Assembly: GCA_964016885.1 (NCBI GenBank)
Contig: OZ024763.1
Span: 11,408,001-11,472,000 of the forward strand
Reading direction: 5' to 3'
DNA: 64,000 bases
Source: Eledone cirrhosa
Lineage: Eukaryota
This document shows, in pieces, positions 25,131 to 39,178 of the stretch (positions are counted from its first letter, which is position 1; every line of letters begins with the position of its first letter). The translations under genes were made by a program, and so were the position numbers. The notes beneath the pieces are model-generated. The model was given only the letters and a program-made list of their open reading frames with translations. It had not been told where the DNA came from and ran no database searches.

Positions 25131-27830
25131 ATGGCCATTTTACAGTGTGGACTGATGGTTTTTGTCATGTCACCATCACAACCATTTTACAGTGTGGACT
25201 GATGGTTTTTGTCATGTCACCATCACAACCATTTTACAGTGTGGGCTGATGGTTTTTGTCATGTCACCATCACAACCATTTTACAGTGTGGACTGATGGT
25301 TTTTGTCATGTCACCATCACAACCATTTTACAGTGTGGACTGATGGTTTTTGTCATGTCACCATCACAACCATTTTACAGTGTGGACTGATGGTTTTTGT
25401 CATGTCACCATCACAACCATTTTACAGTGTGGACTGATGGTTTTTGTCATGTCACCATCACAACCATTTTACAGTGTGGGCTGATGGTTTTTGTCATGTC
25501 ACCATCACAACCATTTTACAGTGTGGACTGATGGTTTTTGTCATGTCACCATCACAACCATTTTACAGTGTGGACTGATGGTTTTTGTCATGTCACCATC
25601 ACAACCATTTTACAGTGTGGACTGATGGTTTTTGTCATGTCACCATCACAACCATTTTACAGTGTGGGCTGATGGTTTTTGTCATGTCACCATCACAACC
25701 ATTTTACAGTGTGGGCTGATGGTTTTTGTCATGTCACCATCACAACCATTTTACAGTGTGGACTGATGGTTTTTGTCATGTCACCATCACAACCATTTTA
25801 CAGTGTGGGCTGATGGTTTTTGTCATGTCACCATCACAACCATTTTACAGTGTGGGCTGATGGTTTTTGTCATGTCACCATCACAACCATTTTACAGTGT
25901 GGACTGATGGTTTTTGTCATGTCACCATCACAACCATTTTACAGTGTGGACTGATGGTTTTTGTCATGTCACCATCACAACCATTTTACAGTGTGGGCTG
26001 ATGGTTTTTGTCATGTCACCATCACAACCATTTTACAGTGTGGTTGATGGTTTTTGTCATGTCACCATCACAACCATTTTACAGTGTGGACTGATGGTTT
26101 TTGTCATGTCACCATCACAACCATTTTACAGTGTGGTTGATGGTTTTTGTCATGTCACCATCACAACCATTTTACAGTGTGGTTGATGGTTTTTGTCATG
26201 TCACCATCACAACCATTTTACAGTGTGGGCTGATGGTTTTTGTCATGTCACCATCACAACCATTTTACAGTGTGGACTGATGGTTTTTGTCATGTCACCA
26301 TCACAACCATTTTACAGTGTGGGCTGATGGTTTTTGTCATGTCACCATCACAACCATTTTACAGTGTGGACTGATGGTTTTTGTCATGTCACCATCACAA
26401 CCATTTTACAGTGTGGGCTGATGGTTTTTGTCATGTCACCATCACAACCATTTTACAGTGTGGACTGATGGTTTTTGTCATGTCACCATCACAACCATTT
26501 TACAGTGTGGGCTGATGGTTTTTGTCATGTCACCATCACAACCATTTTACAGTGTGGACTGATGGTTTTTGTCATGTCACCACCACAACCATTTTACAGT
26601 GTGGACTGATGGTTTTTGTCATGTCACCATCACAACCATTTTACAGTGTGGACTGATGGTTTTTGTCATGTCACCATCACAACCATTTTACAGTGTGGAC
26701 TGATGGTTTTTGTCATGTCACCATCACAACCATTTTACAGTGTGGACTGATGGTTTTTGTCATGTCACCATCACAACCATTTTACAGTGTGGACTGATGG
26801 TTTTTGTCATGTCACCATCACAACCATTTTACAGTGTGGACTGATGGTTTTTGTCATGTCACCACCACAACCATTTTACAGTGTGGACTGATGGTTTTTG
26901 TCATGTCACCATCGCAACCATTTTACAGTGTGGACTGATGGTTTTTGTCATGTCACCATCACAACCATTTTACAGTGTGGGCTGATGGTTTTTGTCATGT
27001 CACCATCACAACCATTTTACAGTGTGGACTGATGGTTTTTGTCATGTCACCATCACAACCATTTTACAGTGTGGGCTGATGGTTTTTGTCATGTCACCAT
27101 CACAACCATTTTACAGTGTGGACTGATGGTTTTTGTCATGTCACCATCACAACCATTTTACAGTGTGGGCTGATGGTTTTTGTCATGTCACCATCACAAC
27201 CATTTTACAGTGTGGACTGATGGTTTTTGTCATGTCACCACCACAACCATTTTACAGTGTGGACTGATGGTTTTTGTCATGTCACCATCACAACCATTTT
27301 ACAGTGTGGACTGATGGTTTTTGTCATGTCACCATCACAACCATTTTACAGTGTGGACTGATGGTTTTTGTCATGTCACCATCACAACCATTTTACAGTG
27401 TGGACTGATGGTTTTTGTCATGTCACCATCACAACCATTTTACAGTGTGGACTGATGGTTTTTGTCATGTCACCATCACAACCATTTTACAGTGTGGACT
27501 GATGGTTTTTGTCATGTCACCACCACAACCATTTTACAGTGTGGACTGATGGTTTTTGTCATGTCACCATCGCAACCATTTTACAGTGTGGACTGATGGT
27601 TTTTGTCATGTCACCATCACAACCATTTTACAGTGTGGACTGATGGTTTTTGTCATGTCACCATCACAACCATTTTACAGTGTGGACTGATGGTTTTTGT
27701 CATGTCACCATCGCAACCATTTTACAGTGTGGGCTGATGGTTTTTGTCATGTCACCATCACAACCATTTTACAGTGTGGGCTGATGGTTTTTGTCATGTC
27801 ACCATCACAACCATTTTACAGTGTGGGCTA
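25131..27830. repeat. 47-bp minisatellite (~57 copies)
   Basis: Unit gtggactgatggtttttgtcatgtcaccatcacaaccattttacagt. Confidence 0.97.
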
Positions 27831-27959
27831 GTGTCTTTAGTGGGAGAGGTGTGTGGGGATTAGGGAAGTGGGTATATGGTTGTGTGAGGGGGTGAAGTGT
27901 TAGGACGTGGGGGGGGGGGGGACTGAAAGGGGGATATTAAGGTCAAGGTCAAGCACACT

Positions 27960-29222
27960 AGATGTGTGCTTCCACTTGTGCACATGGGAAAGCAGGTCTT
28001 CTGTATTACTGCATCACCCAGAGATCTCAGTCCTGAGAGGTGCAATTGTGCAAGATCAGCTTTTATCCCCTCATCCCAGGTCTTCCTGGGTCTCCTCACT
28101 CCAAGGCTTCTATCAACTTTGAGTGTCTGCATCTTTTTATACAGCTGTCATCCTTCATACATATCACATGTCCATACCAATACAATCTCCTCTCCTGCAC
28201 ACTGCATTTGATTCCTCTTTTGCCTAGTTTCTCTCTCAGTTCGTTTATGCTTTGCCGTTCGCATATATTACTATTACACATCCATCGGAGCATGCAAGCT
28301 TCATTCCTTTCCAATCTACACAACACCCAGGTCTCACTACCAGGCAACATAGCTGTTCATATGCATGCATCATACAGTCTGCCTTTCATTCTGAGGCAAA
28401 AGCCTTTTGTAGCCAGCAGTGGCAGTAGCTCCCTGAACTTCTTCCACCCCGTTCTTACCATGGTTACTGTACTTTCAGAACACCCACCTCCGCTGCTAAT
28501 TTGGTCACCCAGGTTGCAGAAGCTGTCTACTGTTCTATGGAGCCCTCCCAGAGTTTGGTAGCACTTGTTTCCTGTGGCTGTTTGCTGCTTACTGCTCCAC
28601 TGCAACTGCTACATGTAAAACACATTCTTAGCTAAACTTCCTTAGATCCCACTACATCTCTTGTGTACCCATAGTTTGCATTTGGGACAGAGGATGGAAT
28701 TTCTACCTACACCTTTCCTACACACTGAGCAAGGCCATTTCACTGAGAGGATCAGGGCTTTGTTTTCCCTCTCCTTACTAGGACCTTAGTCTTTGTGAGG
28801 TTGACTCTTTGTTTCTAGGCCATGCTTCCAGGTTTGGAATTTCTTCTCTAATCCTGCCATAGACTATAAGTGTAAGATCATCTGCATACAGGAGTTCCCA
28901 TGAGCAACCGCTCTTAAACTCCTGTTATAGCCTGCACAATGATAATAAAAAGGAGAGGGCTAAGAACGGAGCCCTGGTGGACACCAACCTGCATGCTAAA
29001 TTCCTTGCTATAGTCATTGTTAACCCTAACTTTGCTGACTGCTCCCATATATATGGCTTGTACAGCCTTCACAAGTCACTTATCTACTCCTAGTTCTCTT
29101 AGAGTCCACCAGATTATGGCTCGGGAACTGTCAAAAGCTTTCTCTAGATCAACAAATGCCAGGGAGAGGGGCTTACTTTTAGCTATGTACTTCTCCTGGA
29201 GCTGCTTCTTCACAAGAAAGAG
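27960..29222 (-). pseudogene. RTE copy C, 5'-truncated and frameshifted
   Basis: Homologous to 3035-4330, including the Cys-rich insert. Confidence 0.9.
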
Positions 29223-29259
29223 TCCCTTATAGTGTATGGCTGTGTTAGTGTCATTTAAA

Positions 29260-29730
29260 ATATAGAACTGTGGTATTCCCATACAGTATAGAACTGAGGT
29301 AGTCCCTTACAGTATAGAACTGAGGTAATCCCTTACAATATAGAACTGAGGTAGTTCCTTACAGTATAGAACTGAGGTAGTTCCTTACAGTATAGAACTG
29401 TGGTATTCCCTTACAGTATAGAACTGTGGTATTCCCTTACAATATAGAACTGAGGTAGTCCCTTACAATATAGAACTGAGGTAGTTCCTTACAGTATAGA
29501 ACTGAGGTAGTCCCTTACAGTATAGAACTGAGGTAGTCCCTTACAATATAGAACTGAGGTAGTTCCTTACAGTATAGAACTGAGGTAGTCCCTTACAATA
29601 TAGAACTGAGGTAGTCCCTTACAGTATAGAACTGAGGTAGTCCCTTACAGTATAGAACTGAGGTAGTCCCTTACAATATAGAACTGAGGTAGTCCCTTAC
29701 AATATAGAACTGAGGTAGTCCCTTACAGTA
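29260..29730. repeat. 26-bp minisatellite (~18 copies)
   Basis: Unit tatagaactgaggtagtcccttacag. Confidence 0.95.
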
Positions 29731-29841
29731 TAAGGTTGTGGTAGAACTTATTTTATGAGTCAATGGTAGAATTCTTTTTAGCAGAATTCCCAACAAACAA
29801 GCTATGGAAGAAGACTGTGGAATTGAACTCAGACCAATGTC

Positions 29842-30849
29842 AGACATAGAACCAGCATATTAACCACACAGCCATGTTGGCTGGCTTCTCACCAACATGT
29901 AGGATATAGTACCAGCTTGTTAAGCACACAGCCATGTTTGCTGGCTTCTCACCAACATGTAGGACATAGTACCAGCTTGTTAACCACACAGCCATGTTGG
30001 CTGGCTTCTCACCAACATGTAGGACATAGTACCAGCTTGTTAAGCACACAGCCATGTTGGCTGGCTTCTCACCAACATGTAGGACATAGTACCAGCTTGT
30101 TAAGCACACAGCCATGTTGGCTGGCTTCTCACCAACATGTAGGATATAGTACCAGCTTGTTAAGCACACAGCCATGTTGGCTGGCTTCTCACCAACATGT
30201 AGGACATAGTACCAGCTTGTTAAGCACACAGCCATGTTGGCTGGCTTCTCACCAACATGTAGGACATAGTACCAGCTTGTTAAGCACACAGCCATGTTGG
30301 CTGGCTTCTCACCAACATGTAGGACATAGTACCAGCTTGTTAAGCACACAGCCATGTTGGCTGGCTTCTCACCAACATGTAGGACATAGTACCAGCTTGT
30401 TAACCACACAGCCATGTTGGCTGGCTTCTCACCAACATGTAGGACATAGTACCAGCTTGTTAAGCACACAGCCATGTTGGCTGGCTTCTCACCAACATGT
30501 AGGACATAGTACCAGCTTGTTAAGCACACAGCCATGTTGGCTGGCTTCTCACCAACATGTAGGACATAGTACCAGCTTGTTAAGCACACAGCCATGTTGG
30601 CTGGCTTCTCACCAACATGTAGGACATAGTACCAGCTTGTTAAGCACACAGCCATGTTGGCTGGCTTCTCACCAACATGTAGGATATAGTACCAGCTTGT
30701 TAAGCACACAGCCATGTTGGCTGGCTTCTCACCAACATGTAGGATATAGTACCAGCTTGTTAAGCACACAGCCATGTTGGCTGGCTTCTCACCAACATGT
30801 AGGACATAGTACCAGCTTGTTGACCACACAGCCATGTTGGCTGGCTTCA
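29842..30849. repeat. 60-bp minisatellite (~17 copies)
   Basis: Unit ctggcttctcaccaacatgtaggacatagtaccagcttgttaagcacacagccatgttgg. Confidence 0.97.
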
Positions 30850-31109
30850 ATTTTATTTTGGTAACAACAATATTTTCTTTCTACACAATTGACAACAACA
30901 ACAAAATCAATTTTCCCCCATCGTTATCGATAATTAGAGAGATAAGCCCCTTTATTTATTGAAGAAATGACTTCTAACGATGATGACAAATATTAATTAC
31001 TCCCAAATAAAGAATAAATTTAAACACTAATTATTTCCTTATTTCTTTTTAATAACTCAATTCTTTTATTTCACTTCTTAAAAAGTGATGAGAGAGAAAT
31101 TCTCTCTTT

Positions 31110-33290
31110 GTGTGGATATTGCCTGAGTTTGTCATTTGACTGTGGCCATGCTGGGGCACAGCCTTGAAGGTGTGGATATTGCCTGAGTTTGTCATTTGAC
31201 TGTGGCCATGCTGGGGCACAGCCCTGAAGGTGTGGATATTGCCTGAGTTTGTCATTTGACTGTGGCCATGCTGGGGCACAGCCTTGAAGGTGTGGATATT
31301 GCCTGAGTTTGTCATTTGACTGTGGCCATGCTGGGGCACAGCCCTGAAGGTGTGGATATTGCCTGAGTTTGTCATTTGACTGTGGCCATGCTGGGGCACA
31401 GCCCTGAAGGTGTGGATATTGCCTGAGTTTGTCATTTGACTGTGGCCATGCTGGGGCACAGCCCTGAAGGTGTGGATATTGCCTGAGTTTGTCATTTGAC
31501 TGTGGCCATGCTGGGGCACAGCCCTGAAGGTGTGGATATTGCCTGAGTTTGTCATTTGACTGTGGCCATGCTGGGGCACAGCCCTGAAGGTGTGGATATT
31601 GCCTGGGTTTGTCATTTGACTGTGGCCATGCTGGGGCACAGCCTTGAAGGTGTGGATATTGCCTGGGTTTGTCATTTGACTGTGGCCATGCTGGGGCACA
31701 GCCTTGAAGGTGTGGATATTGCCTGAGTTTGTCATTTGACTGTGGCCATGCTGGGGCACAGCCCTGAAGGTGTGGATATTGCCTGGGTTTGTCATTTGAC
31801 TGTGGCCATGCTGGGGCACAGCCTTGAAGGTGTGGATATTGCCTGAGTTTGTCATTTGACTGTGGCCATGCTGGGGCACAGCCCTGAAGGTGTGGATATT
31901 GCCTGGGTTTGTCATTTGACTGTGGCCATGCTGGGGCACAGCCTTGAAGGTGTGGATATTGCCTGAGTTTGTCATTTGACTGTGGCCATGCTGGGGCACA
32001 GCCCTGAAGGTGTGGATATTGCCTGGGTTTGTCATTTGACTGTGGCCATGCTGGGGCACAGCCTTGAAGGTGTGGATATTGCCTGAGTTTGTCATTTGAC
32101 TGTGGCCATGCTGGGGCACAGCCCTGAAGGTGTGGATATTGCCTGGGTTTGTCATTTGACTGTGGCCATGCTGGGGCACAGCCTTGAAGGTGTGGATATT
32201 GCCTGAGTTTGTCATTTGACTGTGGCCATGCTGGTGCACAGCCTTGAAGGTGTGGATATTGCCTGAGTTTGTCATTTGACTGTGGCCATACTGGTGCACA
32301 GCCTTGAAGGTGTGGATATTGCCTGAGTTTGTCATTTGACTGTGGCCATGCTGGGCACAGCTTTACAGGTGTGGATATTGCCTGAGTTTGTCATTTGACT
32401 GTGGCCATGCTGGGGCACAGCCTTGAAGGTGTGGATATTGCCTGGGTTTGTCATCTGACTGTGGCCATGCTGGGGCACAACCCTGAAGGTGTGGATATTG
32501 CCTGAGTTTGTCATTTGACTGTGGCCATGCTGGGGCACAGCCTTGAAGGTGTGGATATTGCCTGGGTTTGTCATTTGACTGTGGCCATGCTGGGGCACAG
32601 CCTTGAAGGTGTGGATATTGCCTGAGTTTGTCATTTGACTGTGGCCATGCTGGGGCACAGCCTTGAAGGTGTGGATATTGCCTGAGTTTGTCATCTGACT
32701 GTGGCCATGCTGGGGCACAGCTTTACAGGTGTATATTGTCTCATTTTGTCATTAGACTGTGGCCATGCTGGGGCACAGCCTTGAAGGTGTGGATATTGCC
32801 TGGGTTTGTCATCTGACTGTGGCCATGCTGGGGCACAGCTTTACGGGTGTATATTGTCTCATTTTGTCATTAGACTGTGGCCATGCTGGGGCACAGACTT
32901 ATAGCTGTATATTTTCTTATTTTGTCATTAGACTGTGGCCATGTTGGAGCACAGCCTTATAGCTGTATATTTTCTTATTTTGTCATTAGACTGTGGCCAT
33001 GCTGGGGCACAGCCTTATAGCTGTATATTTTCTTATTTTGTCATTAGACTGTGGCCATGTTGGAGCACAGCCTTATAGCTGTATATTTTCTTATTTTGTC
33101 ATTAGACTGTGGCCATGCTGGGGCACAGCCTTATAGCTGTATATTTTCTTATTTTGTCATTAGACTGTGGCCATGTTGGAGCACAGCCTTATAGCTGTAT
33201 ATTTTCTTATTTTGTCATTAGACTGTGGCCATGCTGGGGCACAGCCTTATAGCTGTATATTTTCTTATTTTGTCATTAGACTGTGGCCAT
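31110..33290. repeat. 60-bp minisatellite grading into a 58-bp variant
   Basis: tgtggatattgcctgagtttgtcatttgactgtggccatgctggggcacagccttgaagg to about 32830, then ctgtatattttcttattttgtcattagactgtggccatg.. Confidence 0.97.
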
Positions 33291-33861
33291 GAAGGGATAT
33301 AGAAGATCATATTGACCCAAGCCTAGTATTTATTTTATCAAACTCTGTTTTGTTGAACTGCTAAGTTATGGTACATAAACAGACACTGATTCAAATGTGA
33401 AGACACACACACACACTCATATATATATATCATCATCATCATCGTTATCACTGTTTAATGTCTATTTTCATGCTAACATGGGTTAGACAGATTGTCACAT
33501 TACAAGATATGCCAGGTCAGGTGACCAGTTCTTGCTCATATGGAACTGTTTCTGGCTTGATTTCTACAGTTGGAGGCTCTCCATCATGCCAACCACATTA
33601 CAGTGTGGCCCAGGTGCTTTTTATCATGACACAAAAATGACCATCTGGCAAGGTGGACTGGGTGCTTTTTGTCATGTCACCAGCACAACCACCATTACAA
33701 GGTGGCCTGGGTGCTTTTTGTCATGTCACATATATATACACTGCAGGTTTCTGTAATTTCCATCAACCAGATTTCATTCACAAGGTATTAGTGAACCTGA
33801 GGCTATAATAGAAACATACTTGCCTAACGTGTCACTGTGTGACTGAGCTCACAGTGTGATT

Positions 33862-34380
33862 GAACTCCTTAACAACACAGTCATGTCTACACCTATGTTG
33901 TGAAGTGAACACCTTAATAACACAGTCATGTCTACACCTATGTTGTGAAGTGAACACCTTAACAACACAGCCATGTCTACACCTATGTTGTGAAGTGAAC
34001 ACCTTAATAACACAGTCATGTCTACACCTATGTTGTGAAGTGAACACCTTAATAACACAGTCATGTCTACACCTATGTTGTGAAGTGAACACCTTAACCA
34101 CACAGCCATGTCTACGCCTATGTTGTGAAGTGAACACCACACAGCCATGTCTACACCTATGTTGTGAAGTGAACACCTTAACCACACAGCCATGTCTACA
34201 CCTATGTTGTGAAGTGAACACCTTAACCACACAGCCATGTCTACACATATGTTGTGAAGTGAACACCTTAACCACACAGCCATGTCTACACCTATGTTGT
34301 GAAGTGAACACCTTAACCACACAGCCATGTCTACACCTATGTTGTGAAGTGAACACCTTAACCACACAGCCATGTCTACA
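33862..34380. repeat. 45-bp minisatellite (~11 copies) at the head of a SINE-like element
   Basis: Unit aacaccttaaccacacagccatgtctacacctatgttgtgaagtg. Confidence 0.95.
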
Positions 34381-34887
34381 TGGAGTCCAGAATCACTATA
34401 CCATATACACCAGGATTACTGTAAAATTTGTGTTTTGATGAATTAATTGTTTGCATAAGAGAAACCCTATAGTTTATGTTGATTACTGATACATGGCAGT
34501 TGTTAAAGATGAGAATAATATTTTAGTTAATTTCTAGGATATAATTACATAAATGTTCAGCGTGTATGTAGAAATGACATTCAGGGTTAAATGTATGAGT
34601 AACATTGGAGAAATAACTATTTACAGGGACTAATGTAGGGTTAGAACCCTGGACCCTGTGGTTAGAAAGTCAACTTCTTATTCTAGCAACTTTATTGAGA
34701 TAGGAAATAGATTGTGTGTTTGTGTATATGTGCTTGAGTGTGTAAATTTTAAAGAGTTACAGACATAATACACACACACACACACACACATACACACATA
34801 TACACACATATATATATATACACACACATATATATATACACATATATATAGACAAATATATACACACATATATATATACACACACAT

Positions 34888-35190
34888 AGAGCATTGGCCT
34901 TGTGAGCTCAATTCTCGGACCAGGTCATGTGTTGTTTCCTTGAGCAAGACACTTTATTTCACATTGCTCCAGTTTACTCAGCTGTAGAAATGTGATGATA
35001 GGGACTGGGCTCCCTATCATTCCACTGTAAAGTAGTTGTGGAGGTGCCACGGCAAAAAAAGCACCCAGCCCACACTGTAAATGAGGTTGGTGTTAGGAAG
35101 GGCATCCAGCTGTAGAAATCAAGCCAGAATCAGTTCCCGTCCCACCCTTGCAAGCAGGGAAAAGTGGACGTAAAATGATGATGATGATGA
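34888..35190 (+). mobile_element. SINE family 2
   Basis: Aligns with 15230-15692. Confidence 0.8.
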
Positions 35191-35470
35191 TATATATAAA
35201 TATAAATATAAAGTCAGAAGGCTCATTTGGCCGGTGTTTATCCTGGTTTCATGGCATGAAGTGACTGAGAGTACAAGATTTCCCCCTGGACAGGACGCCA
35301 GTCAATTACAGGGTTAAACCCCCAGCTATTACTGGTACTCATTTTCAGCTGAGTATACTGGAGCAACGTGAAATGAAGTGTTTTGCTTAAGAACACAACA
35401 CACAACCCAGGAATCAATCACACGACATTATGATCGTAAGTCCAACACTCTTACCACTCATATAAATATA

Positions 35471-35530
<60 letters not shown>

Positions 35531-35531
<1 letters not shown>

Positions 35532-38500
35532 TCAGAGTTGGTACCATAAATGTAGGCACCCTAAAGGGTCGCGCTAACGAGGTTGTAGAAATGCTTGAAC
35601 GTAAGGAGGTCGATGTTTGTTGTATTCAAGAGACCAGGTGGAGGGGTGGGTCTGCTAGGTTCATTGAGGGTAAAAAACGTTGTTATAAGCTTTTCTGGGT
35701 GGGAAACGACGATGGGCTGGGTGGAGTAGGAATCATGGTAGCAGAAAAGTGGGCAGATAAGATAATAGACGTAAATAGAGTGAACGACAGAATAATTAAA
35801 ATACGACTTGTCCTCAATAGAACTACGGTGACAGTAATATCTGCGTACGCACCCCAATCCGGACTGCCCGGCACTATAAAAGACAGATTCTATGAGACAC
35901 TGATGCTAACTACCTCCCAAATATCCGACAGTGACTATATAATTATCGCAGGCGACCTAAATGGTCACGTTGGACAACATTGTGACGGCTACGACGAAAT
36001 CCATGGAGGCTATGGGTTTGGTACTAGAAATGAGGAAGGCTCCAGAATCCTGGAATTCTGTGATGCAAATAACCTAACTATCTGTAACACTAACTTCAAA
36101 AAACGTGACAATCACCTGATCACCTATAGATCCGGGGAACACACAAGCCAGGTAGATTATATCCTTACCAGAAGACGTGACAGAGTGTCTGTTGTTAACA
36201 CTAAATCCCTCCCCCATGAAGAATGCACCTCCCAACATAGACTGATAATTAGCGACCTCATAGTCAGGACGAGACGTACTCGACAACAGAAGAGGACTAT
36301 CCTCAGGAGGAAAATATGGAAGCTAAAGGACCCCACAGCCAGGAATAAATTTCAAAGCATATTACTTGATGCTTTCGACAGTAAGGAAGAACATTTAGAG
36401 TCGGACAATATAGAGAGAGAGTGGGAATTTCTGAAAGCAAACCTGCTGTTGGCGACAGACGAGGTCTGTGGCTGGAGCAGGCCTGTAGGCAGGAGGAGAG
36501 TAACATGGTGGTGGAACAGTAAGGTGGAGGGGTCAATTAAGGCCAAAAAGCAGGCTTGGAAAGTATGGCGGGATGGGGGAAGTAGAGAGGACTATCAAGT
36601 GGCCAGGAGGGAAGCTAGGAGACAAGTGTACTTAGCAAGAAGGGAAGCTGAGGAAAGAAAGTTCAAGCATGTTCTACAACGCGATGACCAAAAACGTGAG
36701 GTGTTCAGGATTGCTAGGCAATGCGTCAAGGAAAACCGTGATATTGTCGGGGAGAAGTGTGTACTAAACGACGAGGGCACACTTGCCATCACCGACGCTG
36801 ATAAGAAGGTAGCTTGGAAGTGTCACTATGAAAGGCTTCTAAATGAGGAGAATAATTGGGAGAAAGGCAGTCTCCCCCATATCGACCCAATAGAGGGACC
36901 AGCAGTGTTAGTCGAGGGGAGTATAATAAGTAAGGCAATCAAGGATATGAAGACTGGTAAGGCGGCTGGGCCTTCGGAAATAGTTGCTGAGATGCTGAAG
37001 GCATCTGGCACGGTGGGACACACCATGGTCACCCGCATAGTTAACCAAGTCGTACAGAACGGGGTTGTTCCGAAGGACTGGCATAGCAGCATCATCGTTA
37101 ACTGTTATAAGGGTAAAGGAGACGCCCTAGATAGGAGTAACTATAGAGGCATTAAATTAATCGACCAGGTCATGAAGGTCACGGAAAGAGTAATAGCGCA
37201 ACTAATCAGAGAGAGAATTGACCTAGATGAAATGCAGTTCGGGTTTGTGTCAGGCAAAAGTACCACAGACGCTCTTTTCATAGTACGACAACTACAGGAG
37301 AAGTACCTAGCTAAAGGTAAACCCCTCTACTTAGCTTTTGTCGACTTGGAGAAAGCCTTCGACAGAGTCCCCCGCTCCATTATCTGGTGGGCTCTTAGAA
37401 AACTAGGCGTTGACGAATGGCTTGTGAGGGCTATACAAGCCATGTATAAAGAAACAGTCAGCAAGGTTAGAATTAACAACGAATATAGTGAAGAGTTTAG
37501 CGTAAAAGTCGGCGTCCATCAGGGCTCTGTTCTCAGTCCACTACTATTTATTATTGCCCTTCAGGCTATAACAGAGGAGTTCAAGACAGGCTGCCCATGG
37601 GAACTCCTATACGCAGACGACCTGACACTCATAGCGGAATCAATGGCCGAGCTAGAGAAGAAATTCCAAACATGGAAGCACGGCCTAGAGTCAAAAGGAC
37701 TTAAAATTAACCTGGCTAAGACCAAAGTACTAGTTTGTAGGAAAGAAAACAAGGCGGCGGTCCCTTCTGGGAAATGGTCGTGCTCGGTGTGTAGGAAAGG
37801 CGTAGGTAGAAACTCCATTTTATGTCCTAAATGCAAAGTATGGGTGCATAAAAGATGTAGTGGGATCACAGGTAAGCTAACTAAGAACATAGATTTTACA
37901 TGTGGCCGGTGCTCTGGTGCAATAAGTAGCAGCAAGTGCCCACAAACTACTAGCTCTTTCAATTGCGCAGAGGGTTCTATAGAAATAGTGGACAGCTTCC
38001 GTTACCTGGGCGATAAAATCAGCAGTGGGGGAGGGTGCTCTGAAAGTACTGTAGCTAGAGTCAGAACTGGTTGGAAAAAGTTCAGAGAGCTTATACCACT
38101 ATTAGCTGCTAAAGGGTTCTCACTAAAAATGAAAGGCAGGTTGTACGATGCCTGCATACGAACAGCAATGCTGCATGGCAGTGAGACCTGGGCATTGTGT
38201 GCAGAGGATATACGCAGACTAGAGAGGAACGAAGCTTGCATGCTCCGCTGGATGTGTAACAGTAATATACGTGAACGGCAAAGCATAAACGAACTAAGGA
38301 ATAAATTAGAGATAAGAGGGATCAGATGTTGTTTACTCGAGAGAAGGCTACGTTGGTATGGACACGTGATGCGCATGAAAGTCGATAGCTGTATAACAAA
38401 GTGCAGGGCAATAAAGATAGACGGTAGTCACGGAATAGGCAGACCTAGAAAAACCTGGGACGAGCTGATAAACTCCGACATCACACACTTACACCTCTCC

Positions 38501-38566
38501 AAGACAATGTCACTGGACCGAGACCTTTGGCGGTACTCAGTAACAGAGAAGACCCGCCTTACCTAA
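35531..38566 (+). CDS. RTE copy B ORF: APE + RT with C4HC3 insert; real homology starts at FRVGTINVG, upstream ORF part is SINE/(TA)n
   Basis: Same motifs as copy A, uninterrupted for about 1010 codons; no element-derived ATG upstream of the APE start. Confidence 0.92.
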
Positions 38567-38962
38567 ATATATAGTAAAACCTACTCCAGCCAGTAGGCAT
38601 CTCTAACAAAATACACCCCGTCCCACCACCCCCACCCCCACCCGATCCACACCACCCCGTTCTATGTAAAGTTATGTTGGTGCCGCGCCATCGAGGCCGA
38701 AACAAATGAGATCGTGTAGGTGTCACGACAAAAAACACACAGTCCACGCTGTAATGTGGCCGTGTAGGCAACACGGTAAAAACCTCCCAGACCCACACTG
38801 TAAATGTGGTTGGTGTTAGGAAGGGCATCCAACTGTAGAAAACCTGCCAGACAGTCCTATGCGAGCAAGACAATCACTCTTGCCTCAAGTGGGACTACCC
38901 CCGTCCAAACCCATGCAAGCGTGGAACACGGACGTTAAACGTTGATGATGATGATGATGATG
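35531..38962 (+). mobile_element. RTE-type LINE copy B with 3'UTR and (GAT)n tail
   Basis: 3'UTR ..ggttggtgttaggaagggcatcc..ggacgttaaacgttgatgatg. Confidence 0.92.
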
Positions 38963-38976
38963 ATATATACACACAC

Positions 38977-39013
<37 letters not shown>

Positions 39014-39147
39014 TGTATACACACACACATATATATACACACACACACATGTATACACACACACATATGTATACACACACATATTATATATATATATATA
39101 TATACACACACACATATATATATACACACACATGTATACACACACAC

Positions 39148-39178
<31 letters not shown>

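Noticed and set aside
29840-34438. Repeat-protein ORFs (20-aa and 15-aa periods)
   Set aside because: Units of 60 and 45 bp are multiples of three; they carry SINE-like sequence, and a 1-bp frameshift occurs near 32355
35378-35535. N-terminal extension or splice acceptor (ttcag) for RTE copy B
   Set aside because: Upstream codons are SINE and (TA)n; ttc aga simply aligns with ctc cga (L-R) of copy A
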